This document shows positions 1 to 9,774 of a stretch of 60,164 bases of DNA, one piece after another. The position numbers and the translations under genes were made by a program. The stretch lies in contig JAKFXQ010000014.1 of the NCBI GenBank assembly GCA_021731295.1, positions 1 through 60,164 on the forward strand, in the 5' to 3' direction. Under the pieces are notes generated by a model. It was not told the DNA's origin. It searched no databases and saw nothing but the letters and a program-made list of their open reading frames with translations. The DNA comes from Patescibacteria group bacterium (lineage in GTDB: Bacteria > Patescibacteriota > Minisyncoccia > Phycocordibacterales > UBA2100). Within the stretch, counting starts at the first letter, position 1, and each line of letters starts with the position of its first letter.

Positions 1-121
1 GTACCGTACCGCCGGCGAATTCACAAAACGACCCGTGCGACAATCCAAGCCTCACCTGTGAACAGTTGGTGCAACAAGGGGTGCGACTCGTCGAGCGGTG
101 CCCCGATACATTTAATTAGGT

Positions 122-919
122 TTATTGACGAGCTAACGTCTGCCACTCTGCAAGCGTGAGGTCCTCTGCGCGCGCATTCGGCACAATCCCGCATGACGCG
201 AGAGCGTCGTCCGGATTTTTCATCACCGCGCGCAAGTTTCCGGCAAGCTTTTTGCGCTTGGCCGCAAAACCGGCCTTAACGACTTCAAAGAAACGCGATT
301 CGTTGATGTCCGTGAAATAGGAGCGCGAAATGCCAGAGACCTGAAGAATTGCCGAGTCTACTGACGGCGGCGGATTGAAATTGCCCGCAGAGACGGTGCG
401 TACTAGTTTCGGCGTGCCGTATGCTTTCACCGAGAGCGAAAGAATACTTTCCTTTCCGTCTCGCGCGACGATGCGCTGTGCCACTTCTTTCTGAATGAGC
501 AGTGCCATCTGTGTTGGTTGATGCGACGCAGTGAGAAAGCGACGGATGATTTCGCCAGTGATGTAGTACGGGATGTTTGCGGCCAATACATACGCGCCAG
601 AGAAAAGCGCCTGTGGGTCGCAGTCGCGCACGTCGCCCTCGATGAGGCGAAACGTGTTGTTTCGTATTTCTTCCGCGAACGTCTCGCGCAAACGTGCGAC
701 GAGCGCAGAATCCTTCTCAATTGCTGTGACGATACCACCGAGCTTCAGAATTTCTTTCGTCAGCGCTCCCGTTCCTGGGCCGATTTCAAGAACATCTACG
801 CCAGGTGCAACGCCGGCGCTCTCGGCAACGACGTGCGCGATATGCGCATTGGTGAGGAAGTGTTGCCCCAGTTTCGCGCCTCTCCGTGGCCGCTTATCTA
901 ATCGTGTCTTCGTCTTCAT
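122..919 (-). CDS. rsmA: 16S rRNA (adenine-N6,N6)-dimethyltransferase RsmA/KsgA
   Basis: ORF 122..967 trimmed to Met17 (MKTKTRL...), because the upstream part overlaps the helicase ORF. Has the GQHFL motif and the SAM-binding LEIGPGTGALT motif. Confidence 0.9.
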   Translation of the reverse strand: MKTKTRLDKRPRRGAKLGQHFLTNAHIAHVVAESAGVAPGVDVLEIGPGTGALTKEILKLGGIVTAIEKDSALVARLRETFAEEIRNNTFRLIEGDVRDCDPQALFSGAYVLAANIPYYITGEIIRRFLTASHQPTQMALLIQKEVAQRIVARDGKESILSLSVKAYGTPKLVRTVSAGNFNPPPSVDSAILQVSGISRSYFTDINESRFFEVVKAGFAAKRKKLAGNLRAVMKNPDDALASCGIVPNARAEDLTLAEWQTLARQ

Positions 920-2828
920 ACATATCAAGTATCCCTCCACCTCCGCCGCGCGGACGCGAGACACCAAATGCCAAGTCTTCTTCTATTAAGCGACGGTCAA
1001 TATCATCCAGAAATTCCGAAGGTAGCCCGTATTCGCGCGAACCGTACTTCAGGCGCGAGCGCGCGTACGTGAGATACAACTTCTTTTTCGCGCGTGTCAT
1101 TGCCACATAGAACAAGCGCCGCTCCTCTTCGGGGTCACGGTCATCTCCACGCATCGCAGGAAACAAGCCTTGTTCCATGCCGGTAACAAAAATAGCTTCG
1201 AATTCGAGACCTTTGGCCGCGTGGACGGTCATCAAGGAAACTGCGCCCTCGCCTGCATCATAGGAATCTTGGTCGCTCATCAAGGCAGCTTCTTCCAGTA
1301 ATCGTTCAATTCCCTCACGTGGTGGCATAGCATCGTAAGAAACGCCGAGCGACGCGAGCTCTTCCATGTTCGCGAGGCGTTCGCGATCTTCCGCATCACC
1401 TCCGGCGAGCTTCATGCGCATGCCGCTCTCACCAATAACGAATCTGATGGTTTCAGACGGCAGCGCTGTTTCTATAGACGCCTTGATGCGATCCAAGAGT
1501 GACAGGAACGTGCGCATCTTCGCCTGAGCAGTGCCAGATAGTCCATCCAACCCACCTTCGCGCCACTTATCGAGCGAGATTTTCCCAATACCGCGCGGCG
1601 GAGCTCCGGCAGCACGAACAATATCAATAGTGCTCTTTCTATTGAGTGCCGCACGAAGGTAGCTCAAGACGTCTTTTATTTCAGCGCGCTCGAAGAAGCG
1701 TACGCCGAGCACGCGGTACGGAAGATTTTGACGGATGAATGCTTCTTCGAGCGCGCGCGACTGAAAGTTTTCACGGAACAGAACGGCAATTTCTTGCGCG
1801 GGGGTTCCGCTCGCGAGAAGTTCGCGAACGGAAGATGCTATATATCGCGCCTCATCTAGTTCATCAGCAAGACCCGCGAGCGTGATGGCTTCTCCTGTTC
1901 CGTTCTCTGTGTAGAGTCGCTTGGGAAGACGATTGGTGTTCTTCTCTATAATCGCGTTCGCCGCGGCGAGGATAGTCTGCGTCGAGCGGTAATTCTGCTC
2001 CAAGGTAACAACGAGTGTACCCGGAAAGGATTTCTCGAATGAAAGCAGGTTCTCCAGTTTCGCTTGGCGCCAGGTATAGATGCACTGGTCCAAGTCACCC
2101 ACCGCGCAAATATTCATGCGCGGTCCTGCTATGAGGCGTGCTATTTCATACTGGATTGCATTGGTGTCTTGGTATTCATCTATAGTGACGTGGCTATAGC
2201 GCTCCTGAAGGCGAGCAATGATGTCTGGGTCGCGCAGCAATTCGCCCGTCTTCAACAAGAGGTCATCAAAATCGAGCGCGTCATGCGCGCGAGCATCCGC
2301 CTCGTACTTCTCCCAGCTCCGCGCGATGGCGCGCTCCATGTAGCTGGAAGCGCTCGCGGCGTATGCCTTCTGGTCCTTTCCTTCGCTCTTTGCCGCGGAA
2401 ATAGCCGAGAGTATTTTTCGTGGCTCGATGTCCCCGCCGAGGTCCTTCTGAATCGCTTTCAACGATTTCATACTGTCGTCCCTATCCCATATGGCGAACC
2501 CGCGGGGGACGCCAATCCTCTCACCGAACTCACGTAAAAGGCGGACTGCGAGGCTATGGAACGTGGCGATGGTGGGCTCGCCCCACTCGTCAGGGCGTTC
2601 CTGTGACAAAAGCGCACGAACGCGCTCACGCATCTCCCCCGCTGCTTTGTTCGTGAACGTGACCCCGAGGATGGAGGAGGCCGGAATCCCTTGACACACC
2701 GCATGAACCATTCTGTGGGTTATGGTCTTGGTCTTTCCGGCACCTGCCCCGGCGACTATGAGAAGGGGGCCGTCGACATGGCTCGCGGCCTGTTTTTGGG
2801 CTTGGTTGAGGCCTTTTAGGTGCTCCAT
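894..2828 (-). CDS. UvrD/PcrA/Rep-family ATP-dependent DNA helicase
   Basis: 644 aa. Walker A AGAGAGKTKT, motif II IDEYQDTN, and TVHAAKGLEF late helicase motif. Confidence 0.92.
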   Translation of the reverse strand: MEHLKGLNQAQKQAASHVDGPLLIVAGAGAGKTKTITHRMVHAVCQGIPASSILGVTFTNKAAGEMRERVRALLSQERPDEWGEPTIATFHSLAVRLLREFGERIGVPRGFAIWDRDDSMKSLKAIQKDLGGDIEPRKILSAISAAKSEGKDQKAYAASASSYMERAIARSWEKYEADARAHDALDFDDLLLKTGELLRDPDIIARLQERYSHVTIDEYQDTNAIQYEIARLIAGPRMNICAVGDLDQCIYTWRQAKLENLLSFEKSFPGTLVVTLEQNYRSTQTILAAANAIIEKNTNRLPKRLYTENGTGEAITLAGLADELDEARYIASSVRELLASGTPAQEIAVLFRENFQSRALEEAFIRQNLPYRVLGVRFFERAEIKDVLSYLRAALNRKSTIDIVRAAGAPPRGIGKISLDKWREGGLDGLSGTAQAKMRTFLSLLDRIKASIETALPSETIRFVIGESGMRMKLAGGDAEDRERLANMEELASLGVSYDAMPPREGIERLLEEAALMSDQDSYDAGEGAVSLMTVHAAKGLEFEAIFVTGMEQGLFPAMRGDDRDPEEERRLFYVAMTRAKKKLYLTYARSRLKYGSREYGLPSEFLDDIDRRLIEEDLAFGVSRPRGGGGGILDMYEDEDTIR

Positions 2829-3129
2829 CGCGGCACTATAGCATGGTACCCAAAACCATTGACACCAGCCCTATCCACTGGCCTGGTTTAACCCCCGTTG
2901 ACGGGATACCCCTACCGACTACAGTAATGACGGTGGCCGGGTCCGGGTACTTACCGAACTCATTCACGATCGCCCGATCGGATCCGTCATCTCGACATGT
3001 CACAGGATGGTCTCCTCCGCCGGTTCCCGTAAGGGTCCCGTACACCGGCGAGTACACGTCGACGCTGTCTGCGGCTAACACCTCGACAGCCCCCACCGTA
3101 TAGCAATCAACCCTACAACGACACGCGGC

Positions 3130-4203
3130 ATGCCGCGGGTCCCACATAGTGGAGTGCGCCGAAAGGCAGTTACGTCCTTCATATCACTTATCGCAGTGAC
3201 GGGGGCCGTTGTTCCTACAGACGCGCTCGCCCTCGAAGCCCCGGGATTCTTCTCGAGGCTCTGGGGTGGTTTCGAACCACAGACGCTGCATGCGGCAGTG
3301 CTTATTCCGTCCATGCCGAATGCACAGACCATGCCGCTCTTGCAGTCCAACATGGTCTCCGCCAAAGAATTATCGAAGGGCGGTGGTGACGTCACGATAG
3401 TTGATGATTCGGCGCTTCTTCCTGAAGAAGGACCTTCGGGGGCAGGCGCGGACATCATCAGGCCGAAGAACTCGACCATCAGCATTTATGTCGTGCGTGA
3501 GGGGGATACGCTTTCCCACATAGCCGAGATGTTCGATGTCACGGTCAATACGATTGTCTGGGCGAACGATTTGAAGCGTGGAAGTGCCCTGAAAATTGGC
3601 CAGACCCTCACCATCCTCCCAATTACGGGCGTTAAGTACACCGTGAAGAAGGGAGACACGTTGGCGTCCATTGCGAAGGCACTTCATGCTGACCCAGGTG
3701 AAATCATCTCCTACAACGACCTCCCATCTGAAATGCTCGCGGCGGGAGATCAAATCATCGTTCCGAACGGAGAAATCGCGATGCCGGCACCGGCGCCAGT
3801 ACCGGCGCGTTCTGCGACTGCCCGCGCATCCGGTGGCAGCACCACCTCGTCCTACTCCGGCTTCTACATGCGTCCGTTGGTCGGGGGTGTCCGCACACAG
3901 GGCGTCCATGGGTACAACGGCGTTGACCTTGGCGCCGCGGCAGGCACTCCATTCATGGCGTCAGCCTCTGGTGACGTGATTGTCGCTCGCGCAACGGGCT
4001 GGAATGGTGGTTACGGTCAGTACATAGTAGTCCGCCACGACAACGGCACACAGACTTTGTATGCGCACGCGAACCAAATCATCGTTGGCGTTGGTCAGCG
4101 TGTAGTGCAGGGCCAGGTCATCGGGTACGTCGGCAATACTGGCCGTTCAACCGGCCCGCACCTCCACTTCGAGATTCGTGGTGGCCCACGTAACCCGTTC
4201 TAA
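3130..4203 (+). CDS. Secreted or anchored LysM-repeat M23 metallopeptidase (cell-wall hydrolase)
   Basis: Hydrophobic N-terminus. Two LysM-like repeats (YVVREGDTLSHIAEMF..., YTVKKGDTLASIAKAL...). C-terminal M23 signature GNTGRSTGPHLHFEIR. Confidence 0.9.
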   Translation: MPRVPHSGVRRKAVTSFISLIAVTGAVVPTDALALEAPGFFSRLWGGFEPQTLHAAVLIPSMPNAQTMPLLQSNMVSAKELSKGGGDVTIVDDSALLPEEGPSGAGADIIRPKNSTISIYVVREGDTLSHIAEMFDVTVNTIVWANDLKRGSALKIGQTLTILPITGVKYTVKKGDTLASIAKALHADPGEIISYNDLPSEMLAAGDQIIVPNGEIAMPAPAPVPARSATARASGGSTTSSYSGFYMRPLVGGVRTQGVHGYNGVDLGAAAGTPFMASASGDVIVARATGWNGGYGQYIVVRHDNGTQTLYAHANQIIVGVGQRVVQGQVIGYVGNTGRSTGPHLHFEIRGGPRNPF

Positions 4204-4270
4204 TCTATGTCACTCAACCTTTTGTACGCACTGCGGCATCTGCTTCCTCTGATGCGCTCCCTCCTCTAAT

Positions 4271-5800
4271 TTAGAGCGTTCGTGCTCGGTACTGAAGAGC
4301 TTCCAGCATATGCGGCACCTGTATGGTGTCGCTTTCTGCTAAATCCGCGATGGTGCGTGCGAGTTTGACCGTGCGGTGATAGCCTCGCGGTGAGAGTTTG
4401 AGGCGCTTCGCGGCATCAACGAGCTGTTTTTCAGCATCGCTTTCGAGGCGTGCGTGCGTTTCGAGTTCGCGTGCAGTCATGTGCGCGTTTGCACTCAATT
4501 TCGTGCCAGTGAAGCGTCTTCGTTGTCGTTCTCGCGCCGCGTGTATACTCTCGCGCACGCGCACCGTCTCTCCTGCCACCCGTTTTTTCTGAAGCGAGAG
4601 TGATTCGACCGGCATTTCTTGCACCGACACCCAGACGTCAATCCTATCCGCGATGGGCCCGGAAATCTTGCGACGATATTTTTCTATCGTGTGCGGCATG
4701 CATTCACAGCGGGCACTGCCCCAGTACCCACACGGGCAGGGGTTCAGCGCGGCGACCATCATGAATTGTGCAGGGTATGTCGCATTGTGTGCGGCGCGCG
4801 CTATGGACACGACACCGTCTTCCATGGGCTCGCGGAGCGCCTGTATGACATCGCGTCGAAACTCGGGGAATTCATCCAAGAAGAGGATGCCGCGATGCGC
4901 GAGCGTAACTTCCCCAGGGCGGACGGAGCCAGAGCCACCACCAATGAGCGATGCGTATGACGCAGTGTGGTGCGGTGAGCGAAACGGTGGGCGCCAGAGC
5001 GCGCCGCGCATTTCGCGAACGAGTGAATGGATGGTCGTGACCTCGATCATCTCATCTTCGTTAAGGTCGGGCAGTACTGCGGCGCACGCGCGGGCAAGTA
5101 ACGTCTTCCCTGTGCCTGGCGGGCCGTAGAGTGCGATGTTGTGCATACCGGCCGCGGCAATGGTGAGCGCGCGTTTTGCGTGCTCCTGACCACGGATAAT
5201 GTCGAACGAATCTTCTGTGTCTGATGCTGCTGCGTGTTTGTGTATATGACGCGTCGCCTTTTTGCCCGAGAGGAGAGACAAGGCCTCTTTGAGGTGAGCC
5301 ACCGGGTATACCGTGAGACCGCTGATGAGCGCAGCTTCATCTGCATTTTCCTCGGGAACGACGAGTACACTAAAGCCATGCTTCTGCGCAAGTGCCGCGA
5401 CGGAAATGGTTCCTGCAACGGGACGCACCGTGCCGTCGAGTCCAAGTTCGCCGACAAACAACATCTTGTCCGTCGCCGCAGTGACCTGTCCCGATGCTTT
5501 CAGAAATGCGATGGAGAGCGGCAAATCAAAAATACCACCCTCTTTCTTTACGTTGGCGGGTGCGAGCGAGAGGACAATCTTTTTATTGCTCCGTTTGGGC
5601 GATTCGTACCCACAGTTTTTTATGGCAGCCGCGATACGATCTTTTGATTCTTCAACTGCTTTATCGGGGAGGCCTACCACCGTGAACGCATGCAAACCGC
5701 GCACAATGTCACATTCGATAGTGACTTTGTGCGCGTGCGGCAAGCCCGGCTGTGCCGCGTACACTCGGGCGAACCCGGACTGTACCTCGGGGTTCTTCAC
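4271..5800 (-). CDS. YifB/ComM-family Mg-chelatase-like AAA+ ATPase
   Basis: 509 aa. Walker A GPPGTGKTLLARA. LFLDEFPEF and overall YifB architecture. Confidence 0.9.
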   Translation of the reverse strand: MKNPEVQSGFARVYAAQPGLPHAHKVTIECDIVRGLHAFTVVGLPDKAVEESKDRIAAAIKNCGYESPKRSNKKIVLSLAPANVKKEGGIFDLPLSIAFLKASGQVTAATDKMLFVGELGLDGTVRPVAGTISVAALAQKHGFSVLVVPEENADEAALISGLTVYPVAHLKEALSLLSGKKATRHIHKHAAASDTEDSFDIIRGQEHAKRALTIAAAGMHNIALYGPPGTGKTLLARACAAVLPDLNEDEMIEVTTIHSLVREMRGALWRPPFRSPHHTASYASLIGGGSGSVRPGEVTLAHRGILFLDEFPEFRRDVIQALREPMEDGVVSIARAAHNATYPAQFMMVAALNPCPCGYWGSARCECMPHTIEKYRRKISGPIADRIDVWVSVQEMPVESLSLQKKRVAGETVRVRESIHAARERQRRRFTGTKLSANAHMTARELETHARLESDAEKQLVDAAKRLKLSPRGYHRTVKLARTIADLAESDTIQVPHMLEALQYRARTL

Positions 5801-5818
5801 CCGAACATTGTATACCTA

Positions 5819-6169
5819 CTAGAGCGCAGTGCGTGCCGACGGATTCGCGCGCAAGCGTTCAATGGAGATGGCCTCTCCGGTTTTTTCATCCATGCCGTAC
5901 GTACCCTTTTCAATCTTCATAAGAGCATCAGTAACATCCACAAGGCGACTCTCAAGGGTTTCTACGAGAGGCACGTTTGTTGCAAGCTCTTCCATTTTGT
6001 CAGCTGTATCCGTTTCGTCGGCCTCGTCAGATTCAAAGCCTGCCGCGGTGCCTTGCCAATCGCCACCCACTTTCCGTCCGTGTTCAGCGAGCGATGCTTC
6101 AAGCTCCTGTTTCTCGTTCTCTAAGAGAACCGTAAGCTGAGTGATGTCATCAGATGTGAGGTGTTTCAT
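5819..6169 (-). CDS. DksA/TraR-like protein (finger region without Cys ligands)
   Basis: 116 aa. Acidic coiled-coil N-part. The C-terminal GTYGMDEKTGEAISIERLRANPSART resembles the DksA/TraR C-terminal region, but the CxxC pairs are absent. Confidence 0.55.
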   Translation of the reverse strand: MKHLTSDDITQLTVLLENEKQELEASLAEHGRKVGGDWQGTAAGFESDEADETDTADKMEELATNVPLVETLESRLVDVTDALMKIEKGTYGMDEKTGEAISIERLRANPSARTAL

Positions 6170-6209
6170 GCAAGCAGTGTACCGGCCCCAGTGAGGCTGT
6201 AAAGAGTGG

Positions 6210-7526
6210 CTAGATTTTGCGCTCTGCTCGCAATCGGCTCAACACTTCCGGAAACGAGTACTGACTTTCAGAAATAATAAGGAGAGAACGTGTCGGGAAG
6301 GAGTAATAGAGCTGGATGGTCCCCGCGTCGTCCTTCAGTGCGCGGACATCAAAGTTCTGGATAACCGTATCAATAAAAGTTCTCTGGACGACCAGACCTT
6401 CCGCATTCTTGATGAGTGGCGAGAGGCCCGTGAAAATCGGCGCGAGGTCAGTATTTAGCGTTTTCTCCCACGCCAGCATGCCGCCAAATGCGCGTTCGTA
6501 GGATGAAATGCGAAAGACTAAGACCGGCGCTTGCTCGTCCACAGAGTGGAAACCAAAGAAGAATTCATCTTCGAGGGTCCGCACGAGCTCTTCAGGTATC
6601 TGCATGTCGAGTGCGCGAATGAATTCTTGCGCTGTCGCTTCGCGCTCAATGAGTGCGCCTGTGTTCGGGTCTGTTTCGTCAGTGGTGGGGACGAGGCGTG
6701 TGATGGAGCCGAGTGTGAGCCCGCCTGATGTGCGCGCCGCCGCCAGCGAGCGCTTGATGTCTTGTGGGTTCTCCACGAGTGGAAATGCTGCCGATTGTTC
6801 GGCGAATATGAGGTTTGTCCCGAATTGCGACGAATCCCCCACCGTTTGCTCGCGAACGATGAAAAGAATGGCACCTAATAGCAAAATGCCGAGCGCGATG
6901 AATGAAAGCGCGAGCATGATGGGCGCGGCGTAACTCCGTACGGTTGCCGCGTGCACTGACTGTGGCTCCGGTTCTCGATGAGCGCGCTTGTCTTCTTCCA
7001 GCGCTGCGGCCTGCACTAAGGACAGTTGCGAGTCTTTAACGACCGTCTGGAGATCGTGATGAAAGGTGCGCACCGGAAAGACGGAACCTTCCTGTTTCGG
7101 CGCGTCTTCTGAACTGCTTTTCGGAGCCGGCGCGGGTTTCGGCTGGACGACTGGTTTTCGTGGCGCAGCGTCAGCTCCTCCGCGAACATCATCACGACGC
7201 TCCGGAAGTTTTGTATCCGCGAGGATTTTCGCAATATCCGCCTGAACGTCGGTCATGGGACGCGCAGGTGGAGGGGCGGGCTCCGTTTCTGGTGCCGCGG
7301 GCGGGGGCGTTCGCGGCATAACCATGGTCGCCGCTAGTGGATGCGGCGCAGGAGTGCTCGGAATGACGGGTTTAGCCGTGGGGACAGCGACAGATGCGGC
7401 TGCAGGAATAGTCGCAGTGGCAGGTATTGCTGCAGGCGCCGGTGTAGGAGTAGACGCCGCCTGCGGATTAGAATCGGCGCCGGTCGCCCCGGCCTCCTCC
7501 GCCATGATGTCGCTCTCCTCCGCCAT
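6210..7526 (-). CDS. Hypothetical single-pass membrane protein with Pro/Ala-rich N-terminal region
   Basis: 438 aa. The low-complexity P/A-rich first ~200 aa are followed by a TM helix (IMLALSFIALGILLLGAILFIV) and then a globular C-domain. The start is uncertain (Met1 at 7526 or Met8 at 7505), and both overlap the pnp 3' end. Confidence 0.6.
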   Translation of the reverse strand: MAEESDIMAEEAGATGADSNPQAASTPTPAPAAIPATATIPAAASVAVPTAKPVIPSTPAPHPLAATMVMPRTPPPAAPETEPAPPPARPMTDVQADIAKILADTKLPERRDDVRGGADAAPRKPVVQPKPAPAPKSSSEDAPKQEGSVFPVRTFHHDLQTVVKDSQLSLVQAAALEEDKRAHREPEPQSVHAATVRSYAAPIMLALSFIALGILLLGAILFIVREQTVGDSSQFGTNLIFAEQSAAFPLVENPQDIKRSLAAARTSGGLTLGSITRLVPTTDETDPNTGALIEREATAQEFIRALDMQIPEELVRTLEDEFFFGFHSVDEQAPVLVFRISSYERAFGGMLAWEKTLNTDLAPIFTGLSPLIKNAEGLVVQRTFIDTVIQNFDVRALKDDAGTIQLYYSFPTRSLLIISESQYSFPEVLSRLRAERKI

Positions 7527-9675
7527 GATTTCTTTCGCCGGTTCCTGGAGTTACGCCCTTACGCGTAGCGTATTCCGGGTCCGCGGCTTTGATGGACAGA
7601 TTATAGCGTCCTTTTTCGTCTACTTCCTTCAAGACGACGGGGACGATGTCGCCAATAGCAACGACGTCTGACACTTTGTCTACGTGGAATGGCGCCATTT
7701 CGGATACGTGCACAAGTCCTTCTGCGTTTACGCCGATTTTCACGAACGCGCCGAAGTCCATGAGACGAGTCACTTCCCCATCGAATCGTTCGCCCGGCAT
7801 GTATTCACGCGTCAGTTCATAGATTTCCTGGTGCGCAGCTTCAGCGGCACCATTCGTGCCCGTAATGAATACTGTGCCGTCTTCCTCAATGGTGATGTCG
7901 CTCGCCTTCGTTCTCTCGCGAATGCCGTTGATGGTCTTTCCTCCAGGACCGATAACGAGACCGATTTGGTCAGGCTTGACCTTGATAGTAAGTATCTTCG
8001 GTGCACGTGGAGAGATGTCAGCACGTGGCGCAGGAATCGCTTGCGTGATGACATTCAGAATCTCGAGGCGTGCTTTCTTTGCCTGCGTGAAGGCTTCAAC
8101 AAGCACGTTCACTGGCACGCCTTCAACTTTCACGTCCATTTGTACTGCGGTAACACCATCTGCAGTGCCTGCAACTTTGAAGTCCATGTCTCCGTGATGA
8201 TCTTCCGGTCCCTGGATGTCAGTGAGCACTTTGTACACACCGGCCTTTGCGTCCGACATCATGCCCATCGCGATACCCGCAACCGGCTTGGTGATGGGGA
8301 CGCCGGCATCCATAAGTGCGAGTGTGCCTGCGCACACGGTAGCCTGCGATGTCGAGCCGTTCGAGGCGAGACATTCGGAAACGATACGGATGGTGTACGG
8401 GAACGCGTCCTTTGTCGGGAGGACTGCACGCAGTGCCTTTTCAGCAAGTGCGCCGTGACCAATCATGCGGCGGTTCATACCGCCAAAGCGGCCGGTTTCA
8501 CCAACGCTGAAAGGTGGGAAGTTGTAGTGCAGCATGAACGTCTTCTTCATGTCGCGTGATTCGATGGTGTCCACGAGCTGTGCATCCCCTGGGCCACCCA
8601 ACGTGAGCGCGGCCAAGACGTGTGTTTCCCCGCGATAGAAGATGCCTGTGCCATGAATGACGGGAGAGACGCCGCCTGCTTGTGCGAACAGCGAACGAAT
8701 TTGGTCCATACCACGCCCATCCACGCGCTTGCCTTCTTTGATGGCGAGGTCATGCACGTACGCGTCCAGATTGTGTTCGTAGACGGAGTCGAGAAGCCCT
8801 GGCGATGCCTCTGGCATCTTTTCGAGCGCCGCCTTCATCCATTCTGACTTGAATGCATTGATATCTTCTTTGCCGAGCATGCCCTTCGTCGCAAGGAGTT
8901 TCGGAGCGACGAACTCCTTGAAAAAGGATTCCATCTCCGGCGTTGGTTCCGCTGCTTTGAATTCAATTTTGGCGACACCTTCTTTGGCAACAATGTCTGC
9001 CTGCCACTTTTGCAGCTTCTCGATTTCTTCCGATGCTTTCGCGAGAGACTTTGCGAGCACTTCTTCCGTTACCTCGCGTGCGCCTACTTCAATCATGTTG
9101 ATGAGGCCATCTTTACCACAGGCGGTAAGGTCCAGCACTGCTTTCGGGTCGCCTGCCTCGTCGCGCTCTTTGTACGTCGGGTTCACGATGAATTCACTCT
9201 TCCCTTCCTCAAGTCCGATGCGCACCGCAGAAACAGGGCCGTTCCAAGGAATGTTTGACGTCGCGATGGCGAGCGATGCGGCATTAACGGCGAGAATGTC
9301 GGTGTCATCTTCCTCGATAGAGAGCACAGAGATGATGACCTGCACATCTTTCTTCAGTCCCTTCGGAAAGAGAGGGCGAATGGTGCGATCAACAATGCGG
9401 CCCGAAAGAACCGCCTCATCGCTCGGGCGTCCCTCGCGACGCATAAAGCGCGAGCCCAATATGGCGCCCGCAGCGTAAAACTTTTCCTCGTACTCGACGG
9501 AGAGCGGGAAGTAGTCAAGGTTCGACTCTTTCTTTCCCATTACGACCGTCGCTAGAACTGCGCTGTTACCGTAGCGCATCAGCACCGAGCCGTTCGCTTG
9601 GTCTGCCCAGTCGTTAAACTCGGCAGTTAATGTCTTTCCCCCGATTTCTACGGAGTACTCTGTTTTCTTTTGCAT
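7468..9675 (-). CDS. pnp: Polyribonucleotide nucleotidyltransferase (PNPase)
   Basis: 735 aa. Two RNase PH-like domains (FPPFSVGE), a KH domain (IGPGGKTI), an S1 domain, and a Gly/Arg-rich C-terminal tail. Confidence 0.96.
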   Translation of the reverse strand: MQKKTEYSVEIGGKTLTAEFNDWADQANGSVLMRYGNSAVLATVVMGKKESNLDYFPLSVEYEEKFYAAGAILGSRFMRREGRPSDEAVLSGRIVDRTIRPLFPKGLKKDVQVIISVLSIEEDDTDILAVNAASLAIATSNIPWNGPVSAVRIGLEEGKSEFIVNPTYKERDEAGDPKAVLDLTACGKDGLINMIEVGAREVTEEVLAKSLAKASEEIEKLQKWQADIVAKEGVAKIEFKAAEPTPEMESFFKEFVAPKLLATKGMLGKEDINAFKSEWMKAALEKMPEASPGLLDSVYEHNLDAYVHDLAIKEGKRVDGRGMDQIRSLFAQAGGVSPVIHGTGIFYRGETHVLAALTLGGPGDAQLVDTIESRDMKKTFMLHYNFPPFSVGETGRFGGMNRRMIGHGALAEKALRAVLPTKDAFPYTIRIVSECLASNGSTSQATVCAGTLALMDAGVPITKPVAGIAMGMMSDAKAGVYKVLTDIQGPEDHHGDMDFKVAGTADGVTAVQMDVKVEGVPVNVLVEAFTQAKKARLEILNVITQAIPAPRADISPRAPKILTIKVKPDQIGLVIGPGGKTINGIRERTKASDITIEEDGTVFITGTNGAAEAAHQEIYELTREYMPGERFDGEVTRLMDFGAFVKIGVNAEGLVHVSEMAPFHVDKVSDVVAIGDIVPVVLKEVDEKGRYNLSIKAADPEYATRKGVTPGTGERNHGGGERHHGGGGRGDRRRF

Positions 9676-9774
9676 GTCACTAATAGTGACGACCAGATTT
9701 CAGCGTCGAGTCTTTCGACCACTGCCTATCTAGCCGCCACCGCTAAGAACTAATACGCGCACTATAGCAAATCG

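Noticed and set aside
1-119. Possible 3' end of a + strand gene. Frame 3 reads ...DPCDNPSLTCEQLVQQGVRLVERCPDTFN-stop at 117-119.
   Set aside because: Only 38 codons are visible and there is no recognisable motif. It cannot be distinguished from a chance open frame, so it is not reported as a feature.
2829-3129. 300-nt GC-rich region upstream of the LysM/M23 peptidase. It was considered as a possible cyclic-di-AMP (ydaO-type) or other riboswitch because such leaders precede cell-wall hydrolases.
   Set aside because: I could not find the characteristic conserved ydaO segments, only generic local palindromes such as CCGATCGG. An Infernal/Rfam scan would be needed, so no call is made.
3370-3909. 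Long antisense or alternative-frame ORFs inside confidently assigned genes. Examples are 3370..3909(-), 14787..15380(-), 14896..15603(-), 30076..31008(+), 33448..33999(-), 46554..47495(-), 50427..50717(-) and 59657..60019(-).
   Set aside because: These are typical shadow ORFs of GC-rich DNA. Their translations are Arg/Ser/Ala/Pro-rich with no motifs, they lack ribosome-binding sites, and they fully overlap genes with strong family signatures.
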